Shown one piece after another: positions 13,961-26,374 of a DNA stretch of 64,000 nucleotides. The DNA is from Octopus sinensis (lineage: Eukaryota): NCBI RefSeq assembly GCF_006345805.1, contig NC_043020.1:3720001-3784000 (forward strand), given 5' to 3'. How positions within the stretch are numbered: position 1 is the stretch's first letter; each line of letters starts with the position of its first letter. The notes beneath the pieces were generated by a model that saw nothing but the letters and a program-made list of their open reading frames with translations, did no database searches and was not told the origin of the DNA. A program made the translations under genes and the position numbers.

Positions 13961-14040
13961 GATAGAGGAGTTGGCAAAAGCAGCATGCTCTTCCGTATGA
14001 CACTTGAACATTTTACTGGTTCCATAGACACAAATTTAGG
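13961..14040 (+). CDS. Rab22/31-like: Rab22/31-like GTPase, first visible coding exon (P-loop and switch I)
   Basis: Acceptor ttttgaag|, 80 bp encoding DRGVGKSSMLFRMTLEHFTGSIDTNL-G(split), donor |gtaaat. Phase 2 fits the next exon. The first Gly of the P-loop must come from an unlocated upstream exon. Confidence 0.88.
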
Positions 14041-15690
14041 GTAAATAAATATTTTAACCATTTTAAAACATCTTTCACTTCATGAATTAATTGCTATGGT
14101 TTTAATGGAAAACATACCATATTTGATGGCATATAAGACATACTCTTTTGTGTGTGTGTGTGTGTGTCCCAAAAAATCTTAAAAGAATCACCCTGGGGCC
14201 TGTATGTGAAGTTGGGCCTGCTATAAGCTTTAATGCACTCAAAACTGTTTCCCTGAATATGAGCTGAAGAAATTGAAGTTTTTCCAATATGGCCATGCCT
14301 CTTTTATGCCATGAAATACCATCCATTATAAGCACCAACTTGAGACACAGTTGAGCAACAAGCTCTTTGGTGTCCGTAGCACTTGTTGCTCTTTTCTCTG
14401 TCAAAATTGGTGCTAAAACTATGTTTTTATTTCATTCTATATTTTGTATATATTTATTTTTTTAAAATTCAGTTTGTAATTTTGATTGTTGCCTTTTTAG
14501 TATTTCATTTTTGAATACATTTCAAACCCAGAACAAGATATATACGAAGCAAACTTCTTAACCACACAACCAGTGTTTAGGGCCCATGTTGGCTGGAGGA
14601 TTTGAGGAATAACAATAAGAATATGCAAGATCATATAGTAAAAAAAAAACAGTTGGAAGGTTTGGTTTTGGGTTCAACCCCACTATCTGGCACCGTGGGC
14701 AAGCATCTTCTTCTATAGCCCCAGGCCAACCAATGCCTTGAGAGTGGATTTGGTAGATGGAAACTGTGTGGAAGCTTCTTGTGTGTGTGTGTGTGTGTGT
14801 GCTTTTGTGTTTGTCACCCCCTCCTCCACTGCTTGAGAACTGGTGTTGGTTTATGTTCCTGTAACTTAGTAGTTTGGCAAAATAGACCTATGGAAATAGT
14901 ACCAGACTTTAAAAAAAGTTCTAGGGACCATTTGTTTGAATAAAACCCTTCAAGGCATTGTCCCAGCATTGTTCTGTCCAGTGACTGAAGCAAGTAAAAG
15001 ATAAAAGCCAGACATTAAATAACAATTCTTGAAGCATTCATCATCATCATCATCATCACAATGAAGATGGTCTTTGGAATCTTTGGATTCCTGCTGGAAT
15101 AGAAATTCTCCACAGAATCTTCCAAAGCATTTTTCTCACTTGATTCTGTGTCATCCCCTGCTTCCTTCAGTTCTTGTTCTTCTCTAGGTTCCAAGGCAAA
15201 AGCTTCCTTACTCAGCACTAGTATGGATAAGGAGCCAAAGCCTCAATCAATTCAAGGCTAGTGCTACTGGTAGAGTTTGGTAAGTGGGGACAAGAGTGGT
15301 GGTGGTGGTGGTGGAACAATTGATTAGGTTGATGCTCTTCTGCTTCACTAGTATTTTATTGAACCCCATTAATGTTCACCATTAAGGGTTCATCTCTAGC
15401 CAGTTCACTTTTGGCACACTTTTTGTCCTTTGCATCTTTATGGCTGAGGATATGAAAGTCATATGGTAGAAACTTTTTATGATCAATTTGTCTTATGTTG
15501 CCATGCCAACATAACTACCTTCAAACCAACGACTGATTTTATAAGGTAAAATAATTGAAAGTGTAACACTTCCCCTTCTCAAAAATAACGATTTTGAAAT
15601 TAAGGTTTTTCCTTTTTATCTCTAGTTACAAAAAAAAAAATAATAATTTGCATAATTTATATTGTGCTTTCTCTTTTTTTATTATTTCAG

Positions 15691-15772
15691 TTCTAGTTTC
15701 TTATCAAAATCAATCCAGTTAGATGGCACCACATACAAGTTCCAGATATGGGACACTCCAGGACAAGAAGGA
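15691..15772 (+). CDS. Rab22/31-like: Rab22/31-like GTPase exon (G3 motif)
   Basis: Acceptor ttatttcag|, 82 bp encoding SSFLSKSIQLDGTTYKFQIWDTPGQEG, donor |gttagt. The WDTxGQE motif is present. Confidence 0.9.
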
Positions 15773-16154
15773 GTTAGTTTTATTTTATATATTTTCTATT
15801 TTGATTCTTCTGTTTTATTTTGCAAATATTTTGTTATATGTTTCAGCATTTGTTAACAATTTCATGTAGAACTGCTTTAAAACCATTTCTGTTTAGCATC
15901 TTATGAAGGTGAAGATCTTAAAGAACTGTTTCTGAGTTTGAATGTGTCTTATAGAGACAGAAGGCTTTTAGGGAAAGCCCTTTCTTTCGCTCATAAACAC
16001 AGCCAACCTCACAAACTCCATTGTATAACCACCAATAACTACCACAGATTGTTTTGCTTCTTTTTTTTTTACTTGTTTTGTTTTGTTTTGTTTTTTCCTT
16101 CTACTCTTTCATAAGCATCTTTCCAATTATTTACACTGTTTATATCATTCTATC

Positions 16155-16455
16155 GGAGGCACAACGGCCGGCCCAGTGGTTAGGACAGCGGACTCGTGGT
16201 CGTAGGATCGCGGTTTCGATTCCCAGACCGGGCGTTGTGTGTGTTTATTGAGTGAAAACACCTAAAAAGCTCCACGAGGCTCCGGCAGCGGGTGGTGGCG
16301 ATCCCTGCTGTACTCTTTCTCTCACTCTTTCTTCTGTTGGCCTGCTCGCTTAGCCAGTGGGGTGGCGTCATTTGAAGGCTAAAACAATGCGAAGCGCATT
16401 GTGACCAGCGATGTGTAGCAACATCTGATGGTCTGGTCGGTCACGTGATCACTTG
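16155..16455 (+). mobile_element. tRNA-derived SINE with 13-bp target-site duplication
   Basis: A-box-like GGCCCAGTGG and B-box GGTTTCGATTCCC. TSD ATATCATTCTATC at 16142-16154 and 16456-16468. Confidence 0.85.
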
Positions 16456-18189
16456 ATATCATTCTATCAATATCATAAATATTTGAGAACTTTGCAGAGT
16501 TTTGAAAAATAGCTTTATTTTTCATTATTATACTATCATCATCATCATCATCATCCTAATGATTTAACGTCTGTTGTCCATGCTGGCATGGGCTGGATGG
16601 TTTGACCAGGCCTGGCAAGCTGGAAGGCTACACCAGACTCCAGTCTGATTTGGTATGGTTTCAATGGCTGGATGCCCTTCCTGATGCCAACCACTCTGAG
16701 AGTGTAATGGATAGCTTTACATGTCACTGGCACAGGTGCCATTTGTGTGACACCAGTATCTGCCGTGACTGTGATCTTAATTGGTCTGATGGGTCTTCTT
16801 CTCAAGCATGACATAATGCCATGGTCTCGGTCATTCGTCATTGCCTTTGTGAGGCCCAACCCTTGAAAGGAGCTTTTCACATGCCACCGGCATTGGCCAC
16901 TTTGCTTGACAGGTCAGTTCAAGGACAGAATATTGCCAAAGGTCTAGGACACTAGTCATTGCCTGTGTGAGGCTCAAAGTTCAAAGATCATGCTTCACTA
17001 CATCGCCCCATGTCTTCCAGCACAGGTGAGGTCAGCATGGGAAAAGTAAACGTTACTATGACGATGACGATGTGCATACACATAACCCCCCCCCCACATC
17101 CTCACACGTTTGTGTTTTGCTATAAATATGCTCAGGGTTTCAGGTTGTCTGTCAGTAAAGCAGTGTGAGTTTTATGGCCCTCTTAAATTCAGAACTTATC
17201 TTTTATGTTTCTTTAGCTTCTACTTCTTTTCCCTCTCTTTCACTCACTTTCTCCCTCCCTTATCTCCTCTGTCTCCTCCCCTCTCCGGTGAATCAACATA
17301 CAATAATAAATTTCAAAGTGCTTCAGACTCCCCCCCTCCCGTATATTACAATTATTGCAGCTAGCAGCGCCCTCTCTATAAATATCTCTCAACTGACAGA
17401 GTGGCCAGTTTGGCATTAAACAGCTCCTTATTTACTATTTCTAATGTGGCTTCTACATCAAGAGCTGCTGCTACTACTACTACTACTACTAAATAATAAT
17501 AATAATAATGATAATAATGGTTTCAACTTTTGGCACAATGCCAGTAAGTTCAGGGGAGGGAGTAAGTTGATTACATTGACCCCCAACAGTCAACTGGTAC
17601 TTATTTTATTGACCTCAGAAGGATGAAAGGCAAAGTCGACCTTGCCAGAATTTGAACTCAGAATGTAAAGACCGCTAAGCATGTTACCTGGCATGCTAAC
17701 GATTCTGCCAGCTTGCTGCCTTTATGGTAATAAGAATAACAATAATAAAAACTATTCTTTCTAACTTTTGGCACAGAGCCTGAAATTTTATGGGAGAGGA
17801 TAATCGATTACATCAATCCCAGAGTTCAACAGGTACAAAAGGATGAAAAGCAAAGTCAATTTCGGTGGAATTTGGACCCAGAATGCAAAGCCATTTTGAA
17901 TATGGCAAAGAAATTTCATCGACGATGTTTTGCTCTTTCGTTGGATTGTAACCCTTTCGGTTAAGCACTTTTATTGACCAGAATTATTGCAGAATATTGT
18001 TGGTAATCCCAACATAATTGACCCTGCTCTAGTTTCTCTTTCTTTCTTCCTGTTGTTTCACCCTGTCAGACTTTGTAACATTTATTCCTTTCATCCTTGC
18101 CCTCTGCTCATGTTTGGGATCAGTTGCTCTTTTCTCTCATACAGTTTCACTCAGGCCATCTGCTTCATTTGATCACTTCATCATAATGG

Positions 18190-18400
18190 AGTTTTTGGGC
18201 CCAGCAGCCAGGGCAGCAGTGACTCCTCCAGGCACTTGATGTAGGCCTCTGTGTTGAGTCTGAGGCCATGTGGAAGATGAATGGAGGTATAATGTCACAT
18301 CACTAGTGATCCCTCCAAACATCATGATGTTGACTGGATGTGTGATATTTTTATCACTCTTGGTATATGTTTTGGGGACACAGCAAGCCAATGGTTGTTC
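18190..18400 (-). mobile_element. maT/DD37D-like transposase fragment
   Basis: HPVNIMMFGGITSD, then a frameshift to GLRLNTEAYIKCLEESLLPW. Confidence 0.6.
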
Positions 18401-18688
18401 TGTGTGTTTACCATCTGTTTGTATTGGAGATTCCAGTGCAAATGCCAAGCAGTACAGCATGTTGATTCCAAATTTCTGGCAGAGTGAATTGCATCATGGT
18501 ACTGTTTTTCTCACAGACAGTACCCAACTGACCCTACTAAACTGTGTAGATGACAAAATCAAAAACAATGTGCATGCGTGAAATTAAACTTTTTAATTTG
18601 GTAACAATTTACATATCACACCATGTGTGTATATATATATATATATATATTGTTTATTACCTCTTCCATATGTTTCATTCCACCACAG

Positions 18689-18760
18689 CTTCTTACCAAC
18701 TATTCCAGCCAAATGCACGGTGCCTCTGCTATTGTTATTGTTTACGATGTTACAAATAAG
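18689..18760 (+). CDS. Rab22/31-like: Rab22/31-like GTPase exon (switch II, VYDVT)
   Basis: Acceptor ccacag|, 72 bp encoding LLTNYSSQMHGASAIVIVYDVTNK, donor |gtaaag. Spacing from GQE to GA..IVYD matches canonical Rabs. Confidence 0.88.
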
Positions 18761-19105
18761 GTAAAGTTCAAAGCAAAAGACTTCTCTTCGTTCCTTTCAT
18801 TTTCCTTATTTTGACTTTGTACTTGATGTTTTTTTTGTTTTTTTTCATTTAGTTATTTAGATATTAGACATTTTGGAGATGCACTTGGCAGGCAAACGAC
18901 TTAATCTGCAGGTTGAAACTGAAACAATTCCATCCTGAAAGACATATATTAGCCTTTCAAAAACAGACAAAAAAAAGTTTTTGCTTTAAGAATATTCCGA
19001 GTGCTGTGGTGTTCAGTGCTTCTTAGCTCAGATAATTTCCGAGTTGAATTCTGAAATTGCAAATGTCATATTTCGTTTTTGTGTTGTCGGACAGCAGCCT
19101 TTTAT

Positions 19106-19555
19106 CTTCTATGATGTACATGGGGGCTATGGAATTGGTTCCTGAAATGAAGAAGGAACAAGGCTACTGGAGTTCTGTCATGCAGATAACATCTTGATCT
19201 GCAACACCAACTTCAGGAAGCCAGCTAGCCACCTGATAACCTATCAATACAAAGACCCTCCCTGGTGAAGAATGTACCCCACAGCATAGACTAGCCACTA
19301 GTGACTTCAGACTCCAGGCCAGAAGGATGCCAAGAAGCAGACCAATCTGGAAAAGAAAGATTTGGAAGCTTAAGAACCCTTCACATGGTCAGAGTTTTAA
19401 GGAGATCCTAATTGAGAAATTTGATGAGAGGGAGGAGGAGCTACAAACTTGTGACATCAAAGACAACTGAGAATTCCTGCAAGACAGCTTGCTGAGTGCC
19501 ACAGACCAAATCTGGGGCTGGGGCAAAGTCCCTTCCTGGCCTAGAGTAATGTATC
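19106..19555 (+). mobile_element. RTE LINE APE-endonuclease/linker fragment
   Basis: HGGYGIGS*NEEGTRLLEFCHADNILICNTNFRKPASHLITYQ, followed by degenerate linker. Confidence 0.75.
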
Positions 19556-19578
19556 GGCGATTTTGGACTTTTTCTATA

Positions 19579-19610
19579 TTTCTGATGAAGAGCTCCACTC
19601 GAAATTTGAA
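19579..19610 (+). ncRNA. degenerate minimal hammerhead motif
   Basis: UUU-CUGAUGA-A-GAG-CUCCA-CUC-GAAAU. Stem III and the cleavage site have decayed. Confidence 0.4.
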
Positions 19611-20126
19611 GTCCTCTTTCTTTCCTTTCCTGAGCATCCAATAACACTGTACTTATTCCACATCCTCATGATGAAAACAACACAAAACATAATTAAATTC
19701 CTTTACTGGATAAGGGAGGCCAGCCTTATTTAAGCCCATTTTTTCATTCTAGAGGTATTTGCATGGATAATCTCAGTTAATCAGCATTTTTCAACTCAAT
19801 ATATTATATGTGAGATCCTACAGGGTCTACATTTAATATGCAGACCCGACTTTTCCCCCACACTTTACATCACTCTGTTCTTCATCTCCTTGCATAAAAT
19901 TGTTCCTTTGGGGTTCATAGCCTTGAAAGCTGCATGACAACTTCACTAGTGCTAGTGTCCCCAAAAACAAAAGCACCTGCTACATGCTGTAAAGTGGATG
20001 GCTGTGGGAAGGGCATCTAACTGAAGAAACCATTCCAAAGCAGACACTGGGGCATAATGCAGTCTTTGGGTCCATAAGATCCTGCCAAACCAGGCATTCC
20101 ATGCCAACATGGATCATGGACATTAA

Positions 20127-20163
<37 letters not shown>

Positions 20164-20644
20164 CCCATCCTCTTTTCTATGAAGCCAACACTAAGTGTAT
20201 TGCCATTTCTATAAAACCTTATGCCATGGTTGGAAGCTACTGCAAATATGTTAATGGCATCAGTGATTATTAGAGCAGTATGGATTGATGGAAATTTTGT
20301 GGAAGCCTGCCATATTTATTTTTTTGTAAGCACAGATATATTTCTGTGGTTATGGAGTTTGCTTTGCAACTGTTGCAGGTTTGATTCCACTGATACTTGA
20401 GTAATAGCCCCAGGTTGATGAAAGCCTTGTGAGATCAAATCTACTGGAAGAATTATTCATGTTCTTGTATTGTAGATTTGAATCCGTTATCTGGTTTAAC
20501 ACTTCTGTCCAGCCCTTTGGTGCATTTAGGAGAGTCCATTTAGCACTAGTGCCTGACCCTTTACTGTATTTAGAAACTTATATATTCAATTAGTTACTTA
20601 TTTAACTTTCTAATGACTTAATTTTTTTCCTCTTTTTTTCGCAG

Positions 20645-20771
20645 AATTCTTTTGCAAATGCTACAACCAGCTGGTGGAAGAAGGTCCAGAAACATGGCGG
20701 TGCCAATTTAGTAGTGGCACTGGTTGGCAATAAATGTGATCTAGAAGCTAGTAGGAAGGTCAAAACAACAG
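20645..20771 (+). CDS. Rab22/31-like: Rab22/31-like GTPase exon (G4 NKCD)
   Basis: Long polypyrimidine tract then gcag|, 127 bp encoding NSFANATTSWWKKVQKHGGANLVVALVGNKCDLEASRKVKTT plus 1 nt, donor |gtatga. Confidence 0.9.
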
Positions 20772-20784
20772 GTATGAACTCTTC

Positions 20785-20816
<32 letters not shown>

Positions 20817-20975
20817 ATAATAAATATTAGGGAATAAATCCAAATTTACAGGGAAAAATCAGATTTAGGATTGAATCCAATTTTATAATAAAATATTATA
20901 TTATATTAAATTAGGGACAAAACCACTATTATGCAAATCAAACAAAGAAAGACTTAAGTCAATACATAAAATAAT

Positions 20976-21164
20976 TTATATATATATGTATATATATATA
21001 TATATGGATGTATATATATATACATATACACATGTATGTATATAGATGTATATATATATATATATGGATGTATATATATATACATATACACATGTATGTA
21101 TATAGATGTATATATATATATATATATGGATGTATATATATACATATACACATGTATGTATATA

Positions 21165-21223
<59 letters not shown>

Positions 21224-21336
21224 GTATGTATATAGATGTATATGTATACATGTATATGTATAGCTGTATATGTACACATGTATATGTATAGATGTATTTC
21301 TATAGATATAGATGTGTATGTATACATGTATGTGTA

Positions 21337-21370
<34 letters not shown>

Positions 21371-21460
21371 TGTACATGTAATATGTACACATATATATTC
21401 ACATATATACATGCATACATATATACACACATATACACACACCCCCACACACACATATAC
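20976..21460. repeat. compound (TA)n microsatellite with three roughly 60-bp higher-order units
   Basis: The sequence lines starting at 21001 and 21061 are identical, and the line at 21121 is nearly so. Confidence 0.9.
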
Positions 21461-23075
21461 ATAGGTGCAGGTGTGGCTGTGTGGTAACAAACTTCGTTCC
21501 AAAACACATGGTCCTGAGTTCAGTCCCACTGTGTGGCAACTTGGCATGTGTCCTCTGCTATAGCCTCAGACCAACCAAAGCCTTGTCAGTGGATTTTGTA
21601 GACAGAAACTGAAAGAAATCAATTGTATATATATATGTATGTATATATGTAAGTCTATGTGTGTTTCTCCCTCATCAATGCTTCACAACTGGTGTTCGTT
21701 TATTTACATCCCCATAACTTACTAGTTTCACAAGAACAAACTAATAGAATAAGTACCAGGCTTATCAACATAAAAAAAGCACTAGGCTGTGTCTCATATT
21801 TTTGTTTGCTCACTCAGTTGTATCTATCTATTCATCTTTGTATGTGTGTGTGTGTGTCTATATCTATCTGTCTGTCTGTCTGTCTGTCTATATATATATA
21901 TATATATATATAACACCCTAATGGGGGCCTTAACTCACAAATTTTAGTCATTTCTTTTATGATCCAAAACTAAGTCAAAAGTATTGAATGGATCTTTATG
22001 AAATTTGGAAATTATATTCTTTGCATAAGGGCCATAACCCCCATGACAATTCATATATTTTTGCTGTTGATCTGGCAGAGATGCCCTTCCTAACACCAAC
22101 CACTCCAAGAGTGTAGTAGGTGCTTTTACGTGCCACCGGCATGAGGGCCAGTTAAGTGGTACTGGTAACGGCCATGCTCAAATGGTATTTTTTTATGTGC
22201 CACCTGCACAGGAGCCAGTGCAGCAGCACTGGTAACGACCTCGCACGAATGTTTTTTCACATGCCACTGGCACAAGTGCAAGTAGGGCGACGCTGATAAC
22301 GATCACGCTTGAATGGTGCTTCATATGTGCCACTGGCATGGAAGCCAGTCGGCTGCTCTGGCAACGATCATGCTCGGATGGTGCTCTTAGCGCTCCACTA
22401 GCACAGATGCCAGTCATCAACCAAGAAGGGTAAGGAAAGTAAATCTACCTGCATTGAGAGCACAACTTCATCTCAGGTGTCATTCCCAGATGGTTTGGTA
22501 GCTTTTTTCTGACAGTTGTGTTAGTAATAACCTCACAACTTGGGCCATTGTGTTGTGCTACTAATCTAGGAACATGACTCTGATTAGTTTACTTTGTCTT
22601 TTAGTCTTACTCTGCACTTCACTGGAGCCAACGAGGAAATCGCCTCAGAGCTGATCAACATAATAGAAACAATAGCCATAGTTTTCTCAGTTTACACCTT
22701 ACTGTGTTAGTATAGAAGGACACAGTGAGTAGTGTTACTCAAGGTACACTATGCCCAAGAAATGTAAGATGGTAATGCTTTATGTCATTTTATTCCCTGC
22801 AACTGACAATGAGCACCAACAGTAAAGTATAAGACATTTTGGTGCTGCCTATTTGCCATCGGTGATCTTATGTGACATCAGACATTTAATGTATCTCTTA
22901 TTCTCTCCCTTTCCCCATCTCTCTCTCTCCTGTTTATATTTGTATGTGAATTGAAAGACCCAGTCTTCAACAACGAGAACTAATTGTAATTAGTTAATGA
23001 TTGGAAAGATAAATAAGAAATCATTTAATTAATTTTTTTTATGTAACCATATCTGTTTTTTTTTTTTTTCTTTAG

Positions 23076-23168
23076 ATGGAAAGTCGTTTGCTGACAGCAA
23101 TGGGGCAGTGTTTGTCGAAACAAGTGCATTGACTTCCACAAATTTAGTTTTCTTACTTCAGGAAATTG
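23076..23168 (+). CDS. Rab22/31-like: Rab22/31-like GTPase exon (G5 ETSA)
   Basis: Poly-T tract then ttag|, 93 bp encoding (D)GKSFADSNGAVFVETSALTSTNLVFLLQEI plus 1 nt, donor |gtgaga. Phase 1 at both ends is consistent with its neighbours. Confidence 0.9.
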
Positions 23169-23479
23169 GTGAGAAATATTTTTGTTTCTGTTCGTTTTAT
23201 GGAATTCAGAGCTTTACGTTTCGTTACCAACTAACAGACAGGTTTCTTAGTTGGATCCAACCTAATGGCACCTCAGTTCAAAACCATTATCTGACCCTTA
23301 TGTGTCACTCTGTTACCTACATTCAGACCAAGTGACTGGTCTTAGGGTTTCCCTTCCACAGGTCTCAGAGGCTCTGCAAATGGTTTCAGCTGCTGCTTTT
23401 CTCCTCTGACTTTTTGACAGAATTCTGTCGTGATGACAATGTTAAACTTAGAATAACAATAACCCTAATCAGATTTTAC

Positions 23480-24660
23480 TTTTGCTGTTACCAACTCCTT
23501 ATTACATACATACATGCATAAGGATCTCTAAATCTCTGCCCATATCATACTGGCAGAGATTTAGAGATGACCCTAATGAAGCCTTTAATGAGAAGGAGAA
23601 AGAGATGGAGATATACAACACAGAGGACAACTGGGGGTTCTTACAGAACAATCTGCGGAGGTGATAACCAAATCTGTGGTTGAAGCAAAGCATCTGCCAA
23701 ACCTCTTCTTCTTTTTTAGCTATAATGAATCTAGCAAAAGAATTGGAAAAACATCCTGGCTATCACCCACCACCATCCACCACTATCACCCCACTGCACA
23801 TGCCATTAAAAAGCAATCAAATAAACAAAACACCAAAACAATTAAAACCATCCACTCTCGCCTCAACTTTTTGCTTAATGCCCAAGGCATCAGCCCTTCC
23901 ACCAATACTCAAAAATGGAAGATAAAGTTCCTGGAGGACTGGGTCGATGCCCATCCAAACCACATCCCTTTCTTCGTCCTCACTGAAACCCATCTTAGTA
24001 ACCTCCATTTGGAAGCCGAGGTGAAAGTTAAAAAATTTCAAAGCCATTCGTGCTGATCATGCTGGCGGAAGAAAGGGTGGGACTGCCATTTATGTTCATG
24101 ATTCATTCTCAACAGAAGCTTTGAACATATTTTCCAATGGATACTGCGAAGCAGTCGCTGCATTCAGTCAAACCAACAACTTAACAGTAGTTGGGCTCTA
24201 CAGACCACCCCAAACGCCCCTACCATGCTTCAAGGAATGCCTCAACAACATAAAGTGTTTCATCCAGCAGTGTCAACCTGACAACATTTTAATGATGGGG
24301 GACTTCAACCTCCCCAGGGTTGACTGGTCTACAAACAGTCTACTGCCAGGTTCTTCACTCTCAACCCTTGACAGGGAGGCAGTGGAATTGCTTCTTGACT
24401 TCATGGATGATTTCTTCCTGTCCCAACTGGTGCTCGAACCAACAAGATGTCACAAAAACGTCTTAGACTTAATTTTCAGCAATCACACTGATACTATCCA
24501 CAATATTGCAGTGGAGAAAACTCTGCCCTCCGACCATGACATGGTTCTCTGTGATCTGAGATTTCACCGGCCAAAATGCAAAACAAACGTTATCCCTCCT
24601 GTTCATCCATTTGACACTATGGATTTCCACAACGCAAACTGGGAAGCGAGCAGTAATGAT
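23480..24660 (+). mobile_element. CR1/Jockey-like LINE APE endonuclease remnant in a Rab intron
   Basis: ORFs 23661-24056 and 24121-24825 contain NAQG, LTETH, KGGTAIY, YRPP, GDFN, PTR..NVLDL and SDH. The element is truncated before the RT. Confidence 0.88.
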
Positions 24661-25226
24661 CATGCACAAGTCAATTGGTCCTGTATATGTAAATACCTCT
24701 CGCTAAATATTTATTGCTTTTTATACATTATTGTATCTGGTATGACCTTGTCTATTCTTTTCCGTGGCAGATACATTATAGTGAACAATTTAATAAAGAA
24801 GTGGAGTCACAAATGCTATGATTAACATGACATTCACCATAGATATTGCTTCAGTTAAGATTTGTTTCCAAATATGCATCAACTTTAACAACAACTATAA
24901 AATAAATACTGTTTTAAGATTTCCTGAACATATAAAACTGCAGTGTGTCCTGTTTCAATTCTTATGAAGGTTTATGGAATATGCAAATACAAATCTTCTA
25001 AATTAGAATTTTAAGAGACAGTGAGGATTATGCTGAGGGTCAGGAAGAGTGATTATGAAAGGAAAGGAAAGGTGTCTGAATTTTTAGCTAAAGATGTTTT
25101 TTTTTAACCATCTTTATACTAAATTGTAAGACAGGATAAAGCACCCTGGGCTTTATGGCTACCTTCACTGGCCATGATTCATTTCATGATTAGGAGTTAT
25201 TGTGTAAAATGTAAGTTTTCAAGTAC

Positions 25227-25271
<45 letters not shown>

Positions 25272-25331
25272 ATACACACACACACTGATACACCCATATA
25301 TATGCATGTGTTTTCCTCTTTATCTTCTCAG

Positions 25332-25450
25332 CTCAAAAGTTACCCCCAACTTCATGTGAAGAAGTAGAAGCTAGCAATGACTCTTCTTCAAAGGATGTCT
25401 CTGACTCAACCAGCAAAACATCAAAGAAAAGTGGTTGCAATCTATCCTGA
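25332..25450 (+). CDS. Rab22/31-like: Rab22/31-like GTPase last coding exon (hypervariable tail, CaaX CNLS, stop)
   Basis: Acceptor cttctcag|, phase 1, encodes (A)QKLPPTSCEEVEASNDSSSKDVSDSTSKTSKKSGCNLS-TGA. This resembles a Ser/Lys-rich Rab tail with a terminal Cys motif. Confidence 0.8.
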
Positions 25451-26011
25451 GTAAGGGGCTTTTTTCTTGTTTTCTCTGGCTTTTTTCTAGATCTTTTTTT
25501 CTTTTTTTTTACTTGGGCTGCGACCATGCTAGGGCATCACTTTGAAATGTTTGGGTTGAACAAATCAACTCCAGGGCTTATTTTTTAAAGTTTGGTGCTT
25601 CCTTGTTTCTTAGTTGCTTAAGACAGCTTACCAAAGGTGATGACAATGTCCGTTCAAGACATTCGTTCTTCTCTGCTTCCAGCACATTGTTTCTCATGGG
25701 AGTAGACATGGCTGACAATGCCAAAACGAGAGAGGCAGATCTCATGGCAACGAGGTCCCTGAAAGTGATCCCAAATAACAGCTGCAGAGAGGGTTGATGA
25801 TGTCACCTCCACTCTGCATGCAGTCTCCTACACTCATAGCATCTTTTACCTAACTCATAGAAACAAACCAGTGCCATTTGTCAGGTGGTGGTGGTGGTGG
25901 TGGTGGACAAACAGAAACAAAAAGACACTCACATATGTGTGTGTGCATGTCTGCCTATATATATATATATATATATATATTTAAAAAAGGAGATGTGGAA
26001 CACGAGTTGTG

Positions 26012-26338
26012 ATATATAAAACAAGGAAATGAAGAAAATGCTGACAAAATAATTTAAGTAAGGGGGAGTGTATTTAATTAGGTGAAAGTTCTTTTTACCG
26101 GTTGCGCATTTGTTATGCTTATCAAAAGATATTTTTTAAGAGAGATAGAGTTCCTTTCTGATAGATTTTTTTCTCTTATCTGATAAGAGAAAAAAATCTA
26201 TCAGAAAGGAACTCTATCTCTCTTAAAAAATATCTTTTGATAAGCATAACAAATGCGCAACCGGTAAAAAGAACTTTCACCTAATTAAATACACTCCCCC
26301 TTACTTAAATTATTTTGTCAGCATTTTCTTCATTTCCT

Positions 26339-26350
<12 letters not shown>
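26012..26350. repeat. perfect palindrome: 169-bp arms, 1-nt spacer at 26181
   Basis: Read base by base, 26012-26180 is the exact reverse complement of 26182-26350, including homopolymer lengths. Confidence 0.95.

Positions 26351-26374
<24 letters not shown>

Noticed and set aside
16155-16235. tRNA gene
   Set aside because: It has A/B boxes but no complete cloverleaf, a long unrelated tail and a 13-bp TSD, so it is a SINE.
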